The notes: generated by a model from the letters alone, not told the origin. DNA of 32,000 nucleotides from Candidatus Korarchaeum cryptofilum OPF8 (GCF_000019605.1 NC_010482.1:780001-812000), one strand, 5' to 3'. Shown: positions 15,894 through 24,428, numbered from the stretch's first letter. Numbers and translations are program-made.

Positions 15894-17264
15894 TTGGACC
15901 CTATAAGGGCCCATATGATCCTAGCCCTCACTCTAGCTGTGCTCTTAGTCGGCTGGGGGGTCCTCCTATCCCCTCCCTTCAGGGAGCTCAGGGCCTCGCT
16001 CGGCCTACCGACGGAACTCCCAGGGGCTAGATACAATCCGGAAGTGAAGGCAGCTGAAATAATAAATAAGGATGAGGAGGGTGCTGAATTCTTCTTAGCG
16101 AGAGTAGCCCACTATTATCACGCTCTTTTCGCCACCCTCCTCTACGGGATGCTAGTAGCGTTCAGCTCCATGAGGAGGGATTTAATAGGGGCTGATATCC
16201 TCAACATAACCCTCATAGGAACTCTCTTCACTATGATAGGGGCTCTAATTTACTCATATGTGAGTAGGACATTCTTCTGGCATGGTCTATTCATAGCAGG
16301 CCTCTCCATACTCTTCTCCTCAGGTCTATTGACTCTCCTGAGGTTCAGACCATCTAAAACTCTGGATCTCGCTTTAATAGTCGCCCTTATACTCCTCCTA
16401 GGCGGTGGAGCTATAGGAGCTTACGTAGGGAGCAGTTACATAAGTAAGGAGGCATCAGGAGGCTTCGAGAGGGCGAAGATACTAGCTAGGTTCAACCCGG
16501 ATCTGGCTGAGGATAATGAGATCTGGAGGGCCATGACTGGCCATCTCCATACGATGGTAGCACTAGCGACCACTATAACTTTCTTACTAGGCGTTTACAA
16601 GATAGGGATCCCGAATGGAAGGTTTGCGAAGGTATCGATACTTTTAGTGATCCTAGGGGAACTCGTGATGGCCATAGCATCCTATTCAGTTTGGTTCTTC
16701 GGGAAAATAGCTCACCTCATAATAACTCCTGCGGCCCTCATCCTGATAGCTTCAACCCTGATCCTATCATTTCTAGTGGGCGGTTACAAATTCAAGGAGA
16801 GCTTCAGAGAGCCGAAGGGCCTCCTCCTCTGGGGGCTCAGGCTGGGCAATATATGGACTTGGGCCTTCATAGCCCTACCTGGCGCTATAGTTGCGATTAG
16901 CTTAAGAAAGCCCCTCTTCTTCAAACCAGAGTTCAGAAGTGAGCTTTGGGATTGGGCTGAATTATCTTATAATATAGGCCATTGGCACATAATAGTTGTC
17001 CTATGGGGTGTTATGCTTCTCCTGGTATATCTAGCTGATGTACGCTCTAAGTGGGCCTCAGCAGCGGGCTGGCTCTCCCTGATAGGGATGCTGGGAGCAA
17101 CTGCCGCCACTAACCTCTATATGCTCGCCAATCCCCCCGGCCCCTACTCCCCGAACCCCTACTCAAATATCTGGCTCTCGACGATTGTAGAGCCTTCCCT
17201 CATCCTAATGTCAATAGGCATCGCCGCGAGCTATTTAATCTTCCTGCTGGACAGCCTCAAATAA
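15894..17264 (+). CDS. His-rich polytopic membrane protein with about 12 TM, function unknown
   Basis: 456 aa with about 12 hydrophobic helices by eye. All nine His lie in or at the edge of hydrophobic segments (AHM, HYYH, WHG, GHLHT, AHL, GHWH). TTG start at 15894. Confidence 0.7.
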   Translation: MDPIRAHMILALTLAVLLVGWGVLLSPPFRELRASLGLPTELPGARYNPEVKAAEIINKDEEGAEFFLARVAHYYHALFATLLYGMLVAFSSMRRDLIGADILNITLIGTLFTMIGALIYSYVSRTFFWHGLFIAGLSILFSSGLLTLLRFRPSKTLDLALIVALILLLGGGAIGAYVGSSYISKEASGGFERAKILARFNPDLAEDNEIWRAMTGHLHTMVALATTITFLLGVYKIGIPNGRFAKVSILLVILGELVMAIASYSVWFFGKIAHLIITPAALILIASTLILSFLVGGYKFKESFREPKGLLLWGLRLGNIWTWAFIALPGAIVAISLRKPLFFKPEFRSELWDWAELSYNIGHWHIIVVLWGVMLLLVYLADVRSKWASAAGWLSLIGMLGATAATNLYMLANPPGPYSPNPYSNIWLSTIVEPSLILMSIGIAASYLIFLLDSLK

Positions 17265-17727
17265 CCTTTTTTACTATGAGGACGTTGCAAGGGGCATTCC
17301 TCACGACTCCCTCGCTGACGCTACCCAGGAGGAGCTCCCTTATCTTGCTCATCCCCCTGGCCCCCATGACTATCAAATCGAAATCCCCCTCCTTAGCCAA
17401 TTCCACTATCTCATGGACAGCGTGACCCTCCCTTATCACTTTCTCCACTTCAACCCCTTCCTTTGAAGCTGATTCAGCGCATTTGCTCAGGATATCCTCC
17501 GCAGCTCTCTTCTCGGCATCGACTATCCTCAGGAAGTCGGAAGGATTCACTATAGGAGAGTAAGGGATGAAGGGGGTCTCAGGAGAGACTATGGGCATTA
17601 TACTGACGGATGAGACGTAGAGCAGGGTCAATTTGCTCCCGTATCTTTTAGCTATATCAATGGCCACTTCGAGAGCCCTGTAGGAGTTCTCGGAGCCATC
17701 TATGGGGACGAGGATCTTGCTGAACAT
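17257..17727 (-). CDS. universal stress protein (UspA family)
   Basis: 156 aa: KILVPIDGSENSYRALEVAI...LIVMGARGMSKIRELLLGSVSEGVVRNAPCNVLIV. Its 3' end overlaps the convergent membrane gene by 8 nt. Confidence 0.9.
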   Translation of the reverse strand: MFSKILVPIDGSENSYRALEVAIDIAKRYGSKLTLLYVSSVSIMPIVSPETPFIPYSPIVNPSDFLRIVDAEKRAAEDILSKCAESASKEGVEVEKVIREGHAVHEIVELAKEGDFDLIVMGARGMSKIRELLLGSVSEGVVRNAPCNVLIVKKVI

Positions 17728-17797
17728 AAAAATATCCTGATCGCATGCAATTTAAACCCAGCAGATAGTTTTTAAGATAGTCCCGGCATACGCTGAG

Positions 17798-18151
17798 ATG
17801 GGTCCAGTGGACTTCCTCAAGCTCGGGGTCTTCCTCCTCGGTATCTCGGCCCTCATACTGGCTTCTATAGCGCTTCACTCCTACTTAACCCAGCCCCGCG
17901 GACCGTATGAGAGATTCTGGGCTTATTGCGATTTCAACACAGTGATAATAAGGGCTAATGAGGATCTGAGGAATGTATCTGTGTTGGACGTCAATGGCAG
18001 CCTGATCTGTAACTTCGATGAGATCCCGAAGGGCTCAGATAGAGTGTGCAAGGTCGGTGGGGGTGGCGTCTACAGAGTGGTCTCGGGAAGGGAGGAAAGG
18101 GCCGTCGTTTGCAGTCCAATAGCTCCCAAACAGGCCCCGGGAGGAGATTGA
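17798..18151 (+). CDS. hypothetical small protein with an N-terminal TM/signal-anchor and four Cys
   Basis: 117 aa. A TATA-like GTTTTTAAGATAG is centred about 24 nt upstream of the ATG. No recognisable family. Confidence 0.5.
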   Translation: MGPVDFLKLGVFLLGISALILASIALHSYLTQPRGPYERFWAYCDFNTVIIRANEDLRNVSVLDVNGSLICNFDEIPKGSDRVCKVGGGGVYRVVSGREERAVVCSPIAPKQAPGGD

Positions 18152-18164
18152 AAGCTCTCACTTC

Positions 18165-18171
18165 AAAAAAA
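18165..18171 (-). terminator. T7 tract (minus strand) directly after the stop of ORF 18172-18399
   Basis: Plus-strand AAAAAAA at 18165-18171 abuts the minus-strand TAA at 18172-18174. Confidence 0.4.
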
Positions 18172-18399
18172 TTAGTGATCTAGGGATGGGTCATACCTGG
18201 CTGAGCCCCCGTATTTACTCAGCCTCCAGCTGACGTAGAAGGGCATATCTTCGGGCCCTCCTATCTCCAAGAGTGCCTTCAAATGCATACGCTTCTCTAA
18301 ATTCCTGAGGAATTCCATGAGCTCTTCATCCCCATTGAACCCCAGTAGCTCGAGCCTCTCCTCCCCGCTGCAGTTCTGTATGTGGAGGGCCGCTTTCAC
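18172..18399 (-). CDS. hypothetical protein (75 aa from GTG)
   Basis: The frame stays open for 33 more codons upstream (to 18501) with no ATG/GTG/TTG, so the start or the integrity of the gene is uncertain. Confidence 0.4.
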   Translation of the reverse strand: MKAALHIQNCSGEERLELLGFNGDEELMEFLRNLEKRMHLKALLEIGGPEDMPFYVSWRLSKYGGSARYDPSLDH

Positions 18400-18525
18400 C
18401 TTGGGCTCATCCGGACCTCTGCCAGCTAGCTTAGTTAGGAGATCGGGATCGGGAGCATATCCGAAAATCAGGAAGAACCTCTCCGCAAAGATGACCGACC
18501 CTCACCTCAGCCTCACTACTCCTAT

Positions 18526-18532
18526 AAAAAAA
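18526..18532 (-). terminator. T7 tract (minus strand) after the small membrane protein pair; could also act as a TATA-like element
   Basis: The minus strand reads TGA-CCGAAA-TTTTTTTATAGG downstream of the stop at 18539-18541. Confidence 0.4.
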
Positions 18533-18538
18533 TTTCGG

Positions 18539-18790
18539 TCACTCAGCAGCTCCGCGTTGGGGCCTGAGGATGAAGTAGCTCAATATCATCAGCACTATCG
18601 CGAGCAGCATAGCAGCTAATATGAGGAGGAGGGGCTTATCCCCCACTCCGAAGCATATGGGGAAGAAGAGGATCACTATACAGCCGCCGAAACTTAATGA
18701 CGTTTCCCCCGTAGCTAGGATGGGGATTAGGAGTAGCGTTATAAAGGCTAGGAGGAAGCCAGAGAGTATTAGTAGATGCCCGAGCCTCAT
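18539..18790 (-). CDS. small 2-3 TM membrane protein, DUF131/TIGR00304-like, paralogue of the upstream gene
   Basis: MRLGHLLILSGFLL...SFGGCIVILFFPICFGVGDKPLLLILAAMLL. It shares the GG-hydrophobic-x-P-I-x-FG core with the neighbour. ATG 18790 overlaps the upstream TGA (ATGA); GTG 18799 is the alternative. Confidence 0.6.
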   Translation of the reverse strand: MRLGHLLILSGFLLAFITLLLIPILATGETSLSFGGCIVILFFPICFGVGDKPLLLILAAMLLAIVLMILSYFILRPQRGAAE

Positions 18791-19020
18791 CGCGACCACC
18801 CCATCACGAATATCATGAAGGTGACTATTGTTAAGATAAGGGCCAGTATTATTAGGCCCTTCGCCACCCTCTGGTCCGTCCCGAATATTATGGGTAGTGG
18901 CCCTATTATCAGGACGCCCCCTCCTCTGACCTCCCTCTCTCCTCCTAGGGAGAGGAGTATGAATCCCATCAGTATGAGGAGGAACGCCACTATCAGCATT
19001 AAGATTACCACTCCGTACAT
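18787..19020 (-). CDS. small membrane protein, DUF131/TIGR00304-like
   Basis: 77 aa: ...LSLGGEREVRGGGVLIIGPLPIIFGTDQRVAKGLIILALIL... The GG..IGP.PI.FG core between hydrophobic helices matches my memory of this archaeal family. Confidence 0.6.
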   Translation of the reverse strand: MYGVVILMLIVAFLLILMGFILLSLGGEREVRGGGVLIIGPLPIIFGTDQRVAKGLIILALILTIVTFMIFVMGWSR

Positions 19021-19246
19021 AGGCCTTCTATCTGGATTTATTTTTAAGCGTTTTCATCCCTAGGGCCCCTCTGATGATTTGATGATACCCTTAGCATATA
19101 AGAATATTCCTCCACTCCTATTGGGATCTCCGCTATCCTGAGCAGCGTGAGATGAGCTTTCCCATTCCCAATATCACGCGAGCAGAAATGTAGAATTCCA
19201 TGAGCATGGATGAAAACTCTATATCCTTTGCCCCCTAGATGATCCG

Positions 19247-19927
19247 ATGGTTCAAGCGGCGAAGGTATTCTTATTGCCCCCTCTCGCTCCCGAGGATATA
19301 GCTAAGAGGATGAGGGGATTCTCGAAGCTAAAGAGGGAGAATTTAGCGGGTAGAGAGATTGAAATTGGTTCGAGCATCCTCGATCTATATTCGGAGGATG
19401 AAAAGCTAATAGGGACTTTCGAGGAGAACTTCCTCCTATCGCTCAAGTATAAGGACGAGGTATTGAGAGCTCCTCTGACCGTCAGAACTCCTTTCATCTT
19501 CGCGAGGGGAGAGGGAGTCACTCACCTAATAGTGGCTGCGAGGAAGAATAGAGCTAATAGGATAGCTGGGCAGCTATCTTCAATAATATCTGATGAGAAG
19601 GGATTCATTCAGGAGGCCTGGATCCCTTCTGAGGAGTTCAGGAAGTTATATGAGGGGAGGATGGGTACGGTCAAGGTCATCTTCTTCAGCGATGTGAGGA
19701 TCCCCAACGTGAGGAAGCTGTCCCTGTACGGCGAGGAGCTAGCTAGCACTAGCCTGTATCAAGAGTATCTGAAGCTGGGCAGGGTATGGTACGTGGTCTT
19801 CGAGCCTGAGGATGGCCTAGTCATAGGGTTGACCAGAAATTGTGCTGTGACCTTCTTCTCCAGGGTTAGCCTGGAGGAGGCTATAGCTTTCATAGAGAGG
19901 GAGATACTGCCCAGGGTGACGGAGTAA
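19247..19927 (+). CDS. hypothetical soluble protein (226 aa), no recognisable family
   Basis: Long ORF with codon usage like its neighbours, 30 nt upstream of the ABC ATPase gene on the same strand. Confidence 0.6.
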   Translation: MVQAAKVFLLPPLAPEDIAKRMRGFSKLKRENLAGREIEIGSSILDLYSEDEKLIGTFEENFLLSLKYKDEVLRAPLTVRTPFIFARGEGVTHLIVAARKNRANRIAGQLSSIISDEKGFIQEAWIPSEEFRKLYEGRMGTVKVIFFSDVRIPNVRKLSLYGEELASTSLYQEYLKLGRVWYVVFEPEDGLVIGLTRNCAVTFFSRVSLEEAIAFIEREILPRVTE

Positions 19928-19957
19928 CTTTTTAAGCAGAGGGAACTAAATGGATTT

Positions 19958-20695
19958 ATGCTGAGTTACAGGGACGTCAGTAAGCGATACGGCGACGTGA
20001 TCGCTCTCAAGGGCGTCACTCTGGAATTCCAACCTGGGAAAATACATGCCCTTCTGGGCCCTAATGGTTCCGGGAAGTCTACTCTGATGAAAATAGCGTT
20101 GGGCCTCGTGAAACCTGATTCGGGGAGCGTCAGAGTTTATGATGTAGATCCAGTCAGGGATCCGATAGGGGCTAGGAGGCTCATAGGCTACGTCCCGGAG
20201 GAAGTGCTCATTTACGAGAGCCTCACCCCCTCCGAATGGTTCAGTTTCGTCGGGAGCATCTACGGGATGGATAGGGAGCTCCTGAGGGAGAGGCTGGATA
20301 CCCTCATAAGGGTCTTCAAGATGGAGGAGCACATGGGGAAGCTGGGAGGGGAACTGAGCCTCGGTAACAAGAGGAAGGTCATGCTGATAACGGCCCTCAT
20401 GAAGGAGCCCAAGGTACTGATATTGGATGAGCCATTCTCCGGCCTAGATCCCGAGGTAGCCAGGGTCCTGAAGGAGATCTTGAGGAGGAAAGCTGAGGAA
20501 GGAGTAGTTATATTCTCCACTCATATATTGGAGCTAGCTGAAGCGGTCGCCGATGATATCACTATACTACGCTATGGTGAGGTAGTGGCTAGGGGCCCTA
20601 TCTCCGAGCTGAGGGGGAAGAAGGACCTGGAGAGCTACTTCATGGAGGTCACAGGATTATCATCTGAGCTTCAGGAGCTCCTGAAGGCCCTTTAG
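19958..20695 (+). CDS. ABC transporter ATP-binding protein (ABC-2/exporter type)
   Basis: Walker A GPNGSGKST, degenerate signature LSLGNKRK, Walker B LILDEP and an H-loop STH. Confidence 0.9.
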   Translation: MLSYRDVSKRYGDVIALKGVTLEFQPGKIHALLGPNGSGKSTLMKIALGLVKPDSGSVRVYDVDPVRDPIGARRLIGYVPEEVLIYESLTPSEWFSFVGSIYGMDRELLRERLDTLIRVFKMEEHMGKLGGELSLGNKRKVMLITALMKEPKVLILDEPFSGLDPEVARVLKEILRRKAEEGVVIFSTHILELAEAVADDITILRYGEVVARGPISELRGKKDLESYFMEVTGLSSELQELLKAL

Positions 20696-20703
20696 GTGGT
20701 ATT

Positions 20704-22164
20704 ATGTGGAAGGTGATAGCTGAAGCTATAGCGAGGGAAGCGAACTACAGAGCTCAGAGGGAGATGAGCAGGAGGAATCTGACTATTATGACAGCTGGCA
20801 GCATACTGAGGTACAATATCTTCATAATATTGATCCTCTCATTCATCTCAGGAGTGACGGGCCTAGCTTCCCTTGAGGGGAGGGAAGCTGCATTACTCGT
20901 CTCCATACCCCTCTTCATCGTTGAGATAATGTTGGGAACTCTCTCGATGGCCCTGAGCCTCCAAGTCATAGTGTCGGATAAGCTACTCGAACCCATTCAG
21001 CACTTACCAATTGAGGAGAGGGAGCTGAGGAAGGCCCTCTCGCTCCTCGGCATATACTGGGGAGGCCTGGCCCTCCCCTTCGCTATGATACCCGCTGGCC
21101 TCATATCCTCGATTGTACTCTCCGATCCCTCTATCCTAGCCGGTTACCTCGCTGCATCTATAACTGGGATGATCCTCTCCCTAGCCCTGGGCTACTTAGT
21201 GGGATCTATAGCGGGGAAGTACACGAGGAGCTTATCTAGGAGGGCCATCTCAACACTCCTCTGGACTATCCTCATTGGATTCGGCTTCTTCCTTAACGTT
21301 ATCATGAGGACCTTCAGCCCCATGAAGGATCTGAGTGCGTTGAATTTACTGAAGGTAGTGCCTCCACTGAGCTTCTTAGATTGGAGCCTCACCTCATTGA
21401 TCTCATCCTCCCTTACCTTCGCATTATCGCTAGCACTACTGGCTTATGGAACCTCCAGATTCTGGAGAGCTGCGATCTCCCCTGGAGAATATGCTCCAGT
21501 GAGCTCGAGTTGGAATCTGAGTTTCGGAGTTAAGAGCATAGTGATGAAGGATATCAGGATAGCACTGAGGAACCCCAGGATGCTGGCTCCACTGATAGTG
21601 AATTCAATCGCTCTCCCATTATTCCTAATTAGTTCGATGATCGAAGGGTTTGGGAAGCTCGATTCAACTGCCCCAGTCATCTCAATTTCATTAGGCGTGC
21701 TACAAGCCGCATACTCATCATATTCATTCTACTTACTCGACTCGAGTGGGGCTAGGGCTCTCTACACGCTCCCGATCAGCAGGAGGGAGGTGGCTTCGAT
21801 GAAGACCCTATCCCTCCTCACATTCAATTCTATCCCATTCATCCTGATCTCAATGGGCTTCATATACTTAGGGATCTGGGCCTCGATCCCAGCATATTTG
21901 ATGGCTTTAGCTGGCTCCGGTTACCTCAACTGCTTGATCTACGCTAAGATGCTCCCAAAGGAACCGGCAAATTGGAGCGTTGAGACCTTCGAGAGATGGA
22001 TTATAACTATCATCATGATGATTCAGACGATATTCTTCATCCCATTAGTGATAATATCTCAGTTCTTTCCTATCTTTGCCCTTTGGCTCTCTTCACTCTC
22101 TCTAATAGCTGTGTATGGGGCATCTCTATACCTCTCGCATGAGATGAGGGGTGAGCCCCTCTAA
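20704..22164 (+). CDS. fused or duplicated ABC-2-type exporter permease (about 12 TM)
   Basis: 486 aa in two roughly 240-aa halves. Each half carries an 'LPI..RE....K.LSLL' motif after its first helices: HLPIEERELRKALSLL and TLPISRREVASMKTLSLL. Confidence 0.75.
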   Translation: MWKVIAEAIAREANYRAQREMSRRNLTIMTAGSILRYNIFIILILSFISGVTGLASLEGREAALLVSIPLFIVEIMLGTLSMALSLQVIVSDKLLEPIQHLPIEERELRKALSLLGIYWGGLALPFAMIPAGLISSIVLSDPSILAGYLAASITGMILSLALGYLVGSIAGKYTRSLSRRAISTLLWTILIGFGFFLNVIMRTFSPMKDLSALNLLKVVPPLSFLDWSLTSLISSSLTFALSLALLAYGTSRFWRAAISPGEYAPVSSSWNLSFGVKSIVMKDIRIALRNPRMLAPLIVNSIALPLFLISSMIEGFGKLDSTAPVISISLGVLQAAYSSYSFYLLDSSGARALYTLPISRREVASMKTLSLLTFNSIPFILISMGFIYLGIWASIPAYLMALAGSGYLNCLIYAKMLPKEPANWSVETFERWIITIIMMIQTIFFIPLVIISQFFPIFALWLSSLSLIAVYGASLYLSHEMRGEPL

Positions 22165-22490
22165 AGCTTTTTGAGAGCTTCTCCCTGGTTCCCAGCGTTT
22201 AGCTGATGAATTTATCAATACTGGGAGGCCTCAATACTCCATCCAACGGAAATTATTTTAGAGCAGCTATAGCTTTACTCTAAGGTGCTCCATCTATTAT
22301 CGTAACATCCTCAAACGTAGTCGGGCCTTCAAATATTTAAGATTTGTCATGATGTATCCCCGCTATTAATTAAGATTTTCTAGTGAGCAATGATCTTACG
22401 CAGAGTCTAATGTCAAAATATTTAATATATATTCCGGTTCGAGTGCTCAAAGAGTTTATTAACTACTACAGTGGGTCGCGCGGGGGTAGC

Positions 22491-22820
22491 ATGAAGGTCA
22501 GCGAGGAACCGGTAACTGCCTTCCTGAGGGGCAGCTATAGGCTCCTGATACTCGCCCTACTTGAGCACTCTAGGATGCACGGCTACCAGATATTGAAGCT
22601 AGTGGAGAGGATAACGGGTCACAAGCCCAAGATAAGCACTTTCTACTCTATATTGAATGAGATGGAGAGGAGGGGATTGCTCAGCTCCTATATCGAGGAG
22701 GATAAAAGGATATATGGGCTCACTGAGAAGGGTAGGCACTCCCTGAACGAATTCAGATCGAGAGTGGGGGATGGAGCCGTTAGGATAATCGATATAATAC
22801 TGAAACCTAGGCCCTTATAG
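22491..22820 (+). CDS. PadR-family transcriptional regulator
   Basis: From ATG 22491 (GGGGGT 3-8 nt upstream): ...LRGSYRLLILALLEHSRMHGYQILKLVERITGHKPKISTFYSILNEMERRGLLSS...RIYGLTEKGR, a typical PadR winged helix. The ORF-track start 22383 adds 36 non-conserved residues. Confidence 0.8.
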   Translation: MKVSEEPVTAFLRGSYRLLILALLEHSRMHGYQILKLVERITGHKPKISTFYSILNEMERRGLLSSYIEEDKRIYGLTEKGRHSLNEFRSRVGDGAVRIIDIILKPRPL

Positions 22821-23547
22821 CCTTCAATGCAGTGAAAATTCCGAAGAGTCCCCTCTTAACGCTTAAGACATCGAAATATTCCCCAATTTCCTTAACGAAC
22901 TCTGAGGATGTCATCATCCTCTCATACGTAGGATATAGCTCCTTCCAGGGGGTATTGAGCCCTCCGTATATCGGTATCGAGATTATAGGAACTATGTGCT
23001 TGAGATAGAGGCCTCCCAGTTTTGAGATTGTCTTATTATCGGGTCTAGTGACATCCAGAACTAGGAGCTGTCCCCCGGGTTTGAGGATCCTCCTGAACTC
23101 CTCCAATGCACCGTAGAAATCCATAGAATCCCTCAGTGAATATGAAGCGACCACCAGGTCAACTGATTCACTCCTCACCGGTATCTGCTCGAATACTCCT
23201 TGGATGAAGTTGAGGGAGAATTCCCCTTTCATGAACTTGAGCCTATCGAAAGCTGCTTTAAGCATGGAGGGGATCGGATCTAGGCAGTATAGCTTAGCCC
23301 TATTGAGCCTGGAGAGCAGCAGCTCCGACATGAGCCCCGGGCCGCATCCAGCATCCAATATGACCATTCCATCCTCCAAGAAAGCCATATCAGCTAAGAC
23401 TTTCCTCATCCTCGAGCTGTAGCCTAGAGAAATAATTTTATTGACTAGCTCATACTTCTTCACTGTCCTCTCGAGCGCATCTATCACATCGATCCACTCA
23501 TCCGGGCTCAGGCCCCTCCTTCCCACGATCACACCCTTACTATGCAT
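22807..23547 (-). CDS. class I SAM-dependent methyltransferase, UbiE/MenG (COQ5) family-like
   Basis: 246 aa with VLDAGCGPG (motif I) and an N-terminal YELVNKIISLGYSSRMRK resembling the UbiE YDxMNxxxSxGxHRxWR motif. It starts 1 nt after the thi4 stop, and its 3' end overlaps padR by 14 nt (convergent). Confidence 0.75.
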   Translation of the reverse strand: MHSKGVIVGRRGLSPDEWIDVIDALERTVKKYELVNKIISLGYSSRMRKVLADMAFLEDGMVILDAGCGPGLMSELLLSRLNRAKLYCLDPIPSMLKAAFDRLKFMKGEFSLNFIQGVFEQIPVRSESVDLVVASYSLRDSMDFYGALEEFRRILKPGGQLLVLDVTRPDNKTISKLGGLYLKHIVPIISIPIYGGLNTPWKELYPTYERMMTSSEFVKEIGEYFDVLSVKRGLFGIFTALKAIRA

Positions 23548-23548
23548 T

Positions 23549-24322
23549 TTAACTCAGATCCCTGATTATCTCCTCCGCTACTTTCCTACCCGAGAGGAGC
23601 ATCCCGCTGAATATGGGGCCCATCCTGTGGAGTTGATTCAATGCTGCTACTGCCATACCCGTGACGTAAAGACCTTCAACTACCTTGCCCGTCCTCTCGA
23701 CGACTGAGAGCTCGCTCAACTCTGAGTAAGCTGATCTCTCCCCGGGGACCTTGATCCCCAAGGAGGGGTTCTTCCTCTCCAATATCCTGATCACCTCCGC
23801 ATCGTGACCAGTAGCATCTACTACAACTCTGGAGTGTATGAAGAGAGGATCCACATGCAGGCCTGCCAGCAGGACCGAGCTCCATTGCACGACGACGCCC
23901 TCGACCCTGAAAGGATCCTCCCTGACTATCAGATCCTCGACAGTGAGACCATGTATCAGCTTGGCTCCGGAATCTATAGCACCTGATGCTAACTTAGCCA
24001 TTAGCTCCGCGGAATCTAGAACATATAGATCGTACTTCTCGAGGTAGCTGTACCTCACTTTGAAGTCCTCGAGTACCTTCAATGCCCTTCCATCCACGAC
24101 GACCTTGTGCAGTTGCATCCCACCTCCTCCGATACCGCCTCCGAAGCTCAACCTCCTCTCGATGACCGTAGTCTTGAATCCGGATTTCGCTAAGTAGCTC
24201 GCGGCAGTCAATCCTGAGGGACCGGCTCCAACTATTACCACATCCGAATCGATTATATCGAGCCAATCCTTATATGTGGATTCCCAAATCGCCTTAGAGA
24301 TCCTAGATTCGAGCGACTCCAT
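23549..24322 (-). CDS. thi4: thiazole synthase Thi4 (archaeal sulfide-dependent type)
   Basis: 257 aa with [30 protein letters not shown] and [11 protein letters not shown]. The position that is the sacrificial Cys in yeast THI4 is His here. Confidence 0.9.
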   Translation of the reverse strand: MESLESRISKAIWESTYKDWLDIIDSDVVIVGAGPSGLTAASYLAKSGFKTTVIERRLSFGGGIGGGGMQLHKVVVDGRALKVLEDFKVRYSYLEKYDLYVLDSAELMAKLASGAIDSGAKLIHGLTVEDLIVREDPFRVEGVVVQWSSVLLAGLHVDPLFIHSRVVVDATGHDAEVIRILERKNPSLGIKVPGERSAYSELSELSVVERTGKVVEGLYVTGMAVAALNQLHRMGPIFSGMLLSGRKVAEEIIRDLS

Positions 24323-24326
24323 ACGT

Positions 24327-24343
24327 CATTGATCCCATTGATC
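24327..24343. repeat. tandem 8-mer CATTGATC-C-CATTGATC between the thi4 TATA-like box and the start codon
   Basis: Copies at 24327-24334 and 24336-24343. The minus strand reads TTATTAT-GATCAATG-G-GATCAATG-ACGT-ATG, and the TATA-like element (24344-24351) is centred about 26 nt from ATG 24322. Confidence 0.45.
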
Positions 24344-24400
24344 ATAATAAGCTTAACTTATTCCCGGCATTCGAATATCCTGAGCTGTTGATCCAAAAAG

Positions 24401-24411
24401 AATATTAATTA
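24401..24411 (+). promoter_or_regulatory. TATA-like box for the ornithine cyclodeaminase-family gene
   Basis: AATATTAATTA is centred about 23 nt upstream of ATG 24429. Confidence 0.45.
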
Positions 24412-24428
24412 TCTGCGTGTGACATCTT

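Noticed and set aside
18400-18501. The reading frame of ORF 18172-18399 stays open 33 codons further upstream without any ATG/GTG/TTG. This could mean a non-canonical start or a 5'-truncated gene.
   Set aside because: Cannot be decided from the sequence and there are no recognisable motifs. Kept as a low-confidence CDS from the GTG only.
19072-19141. Possible C/D-box sRNA: two UGAUGA boxes (19072-19077 and 19080-19085) and a CUGA (19138-19141) in the 226-nt gap upstream of 19247.
   Set aside because: The spacing is wrong (about 52 nt between the C and D boxes instead of two roughly 12-nt guides). There are no internal D'/C' boxes and no terminal stem.
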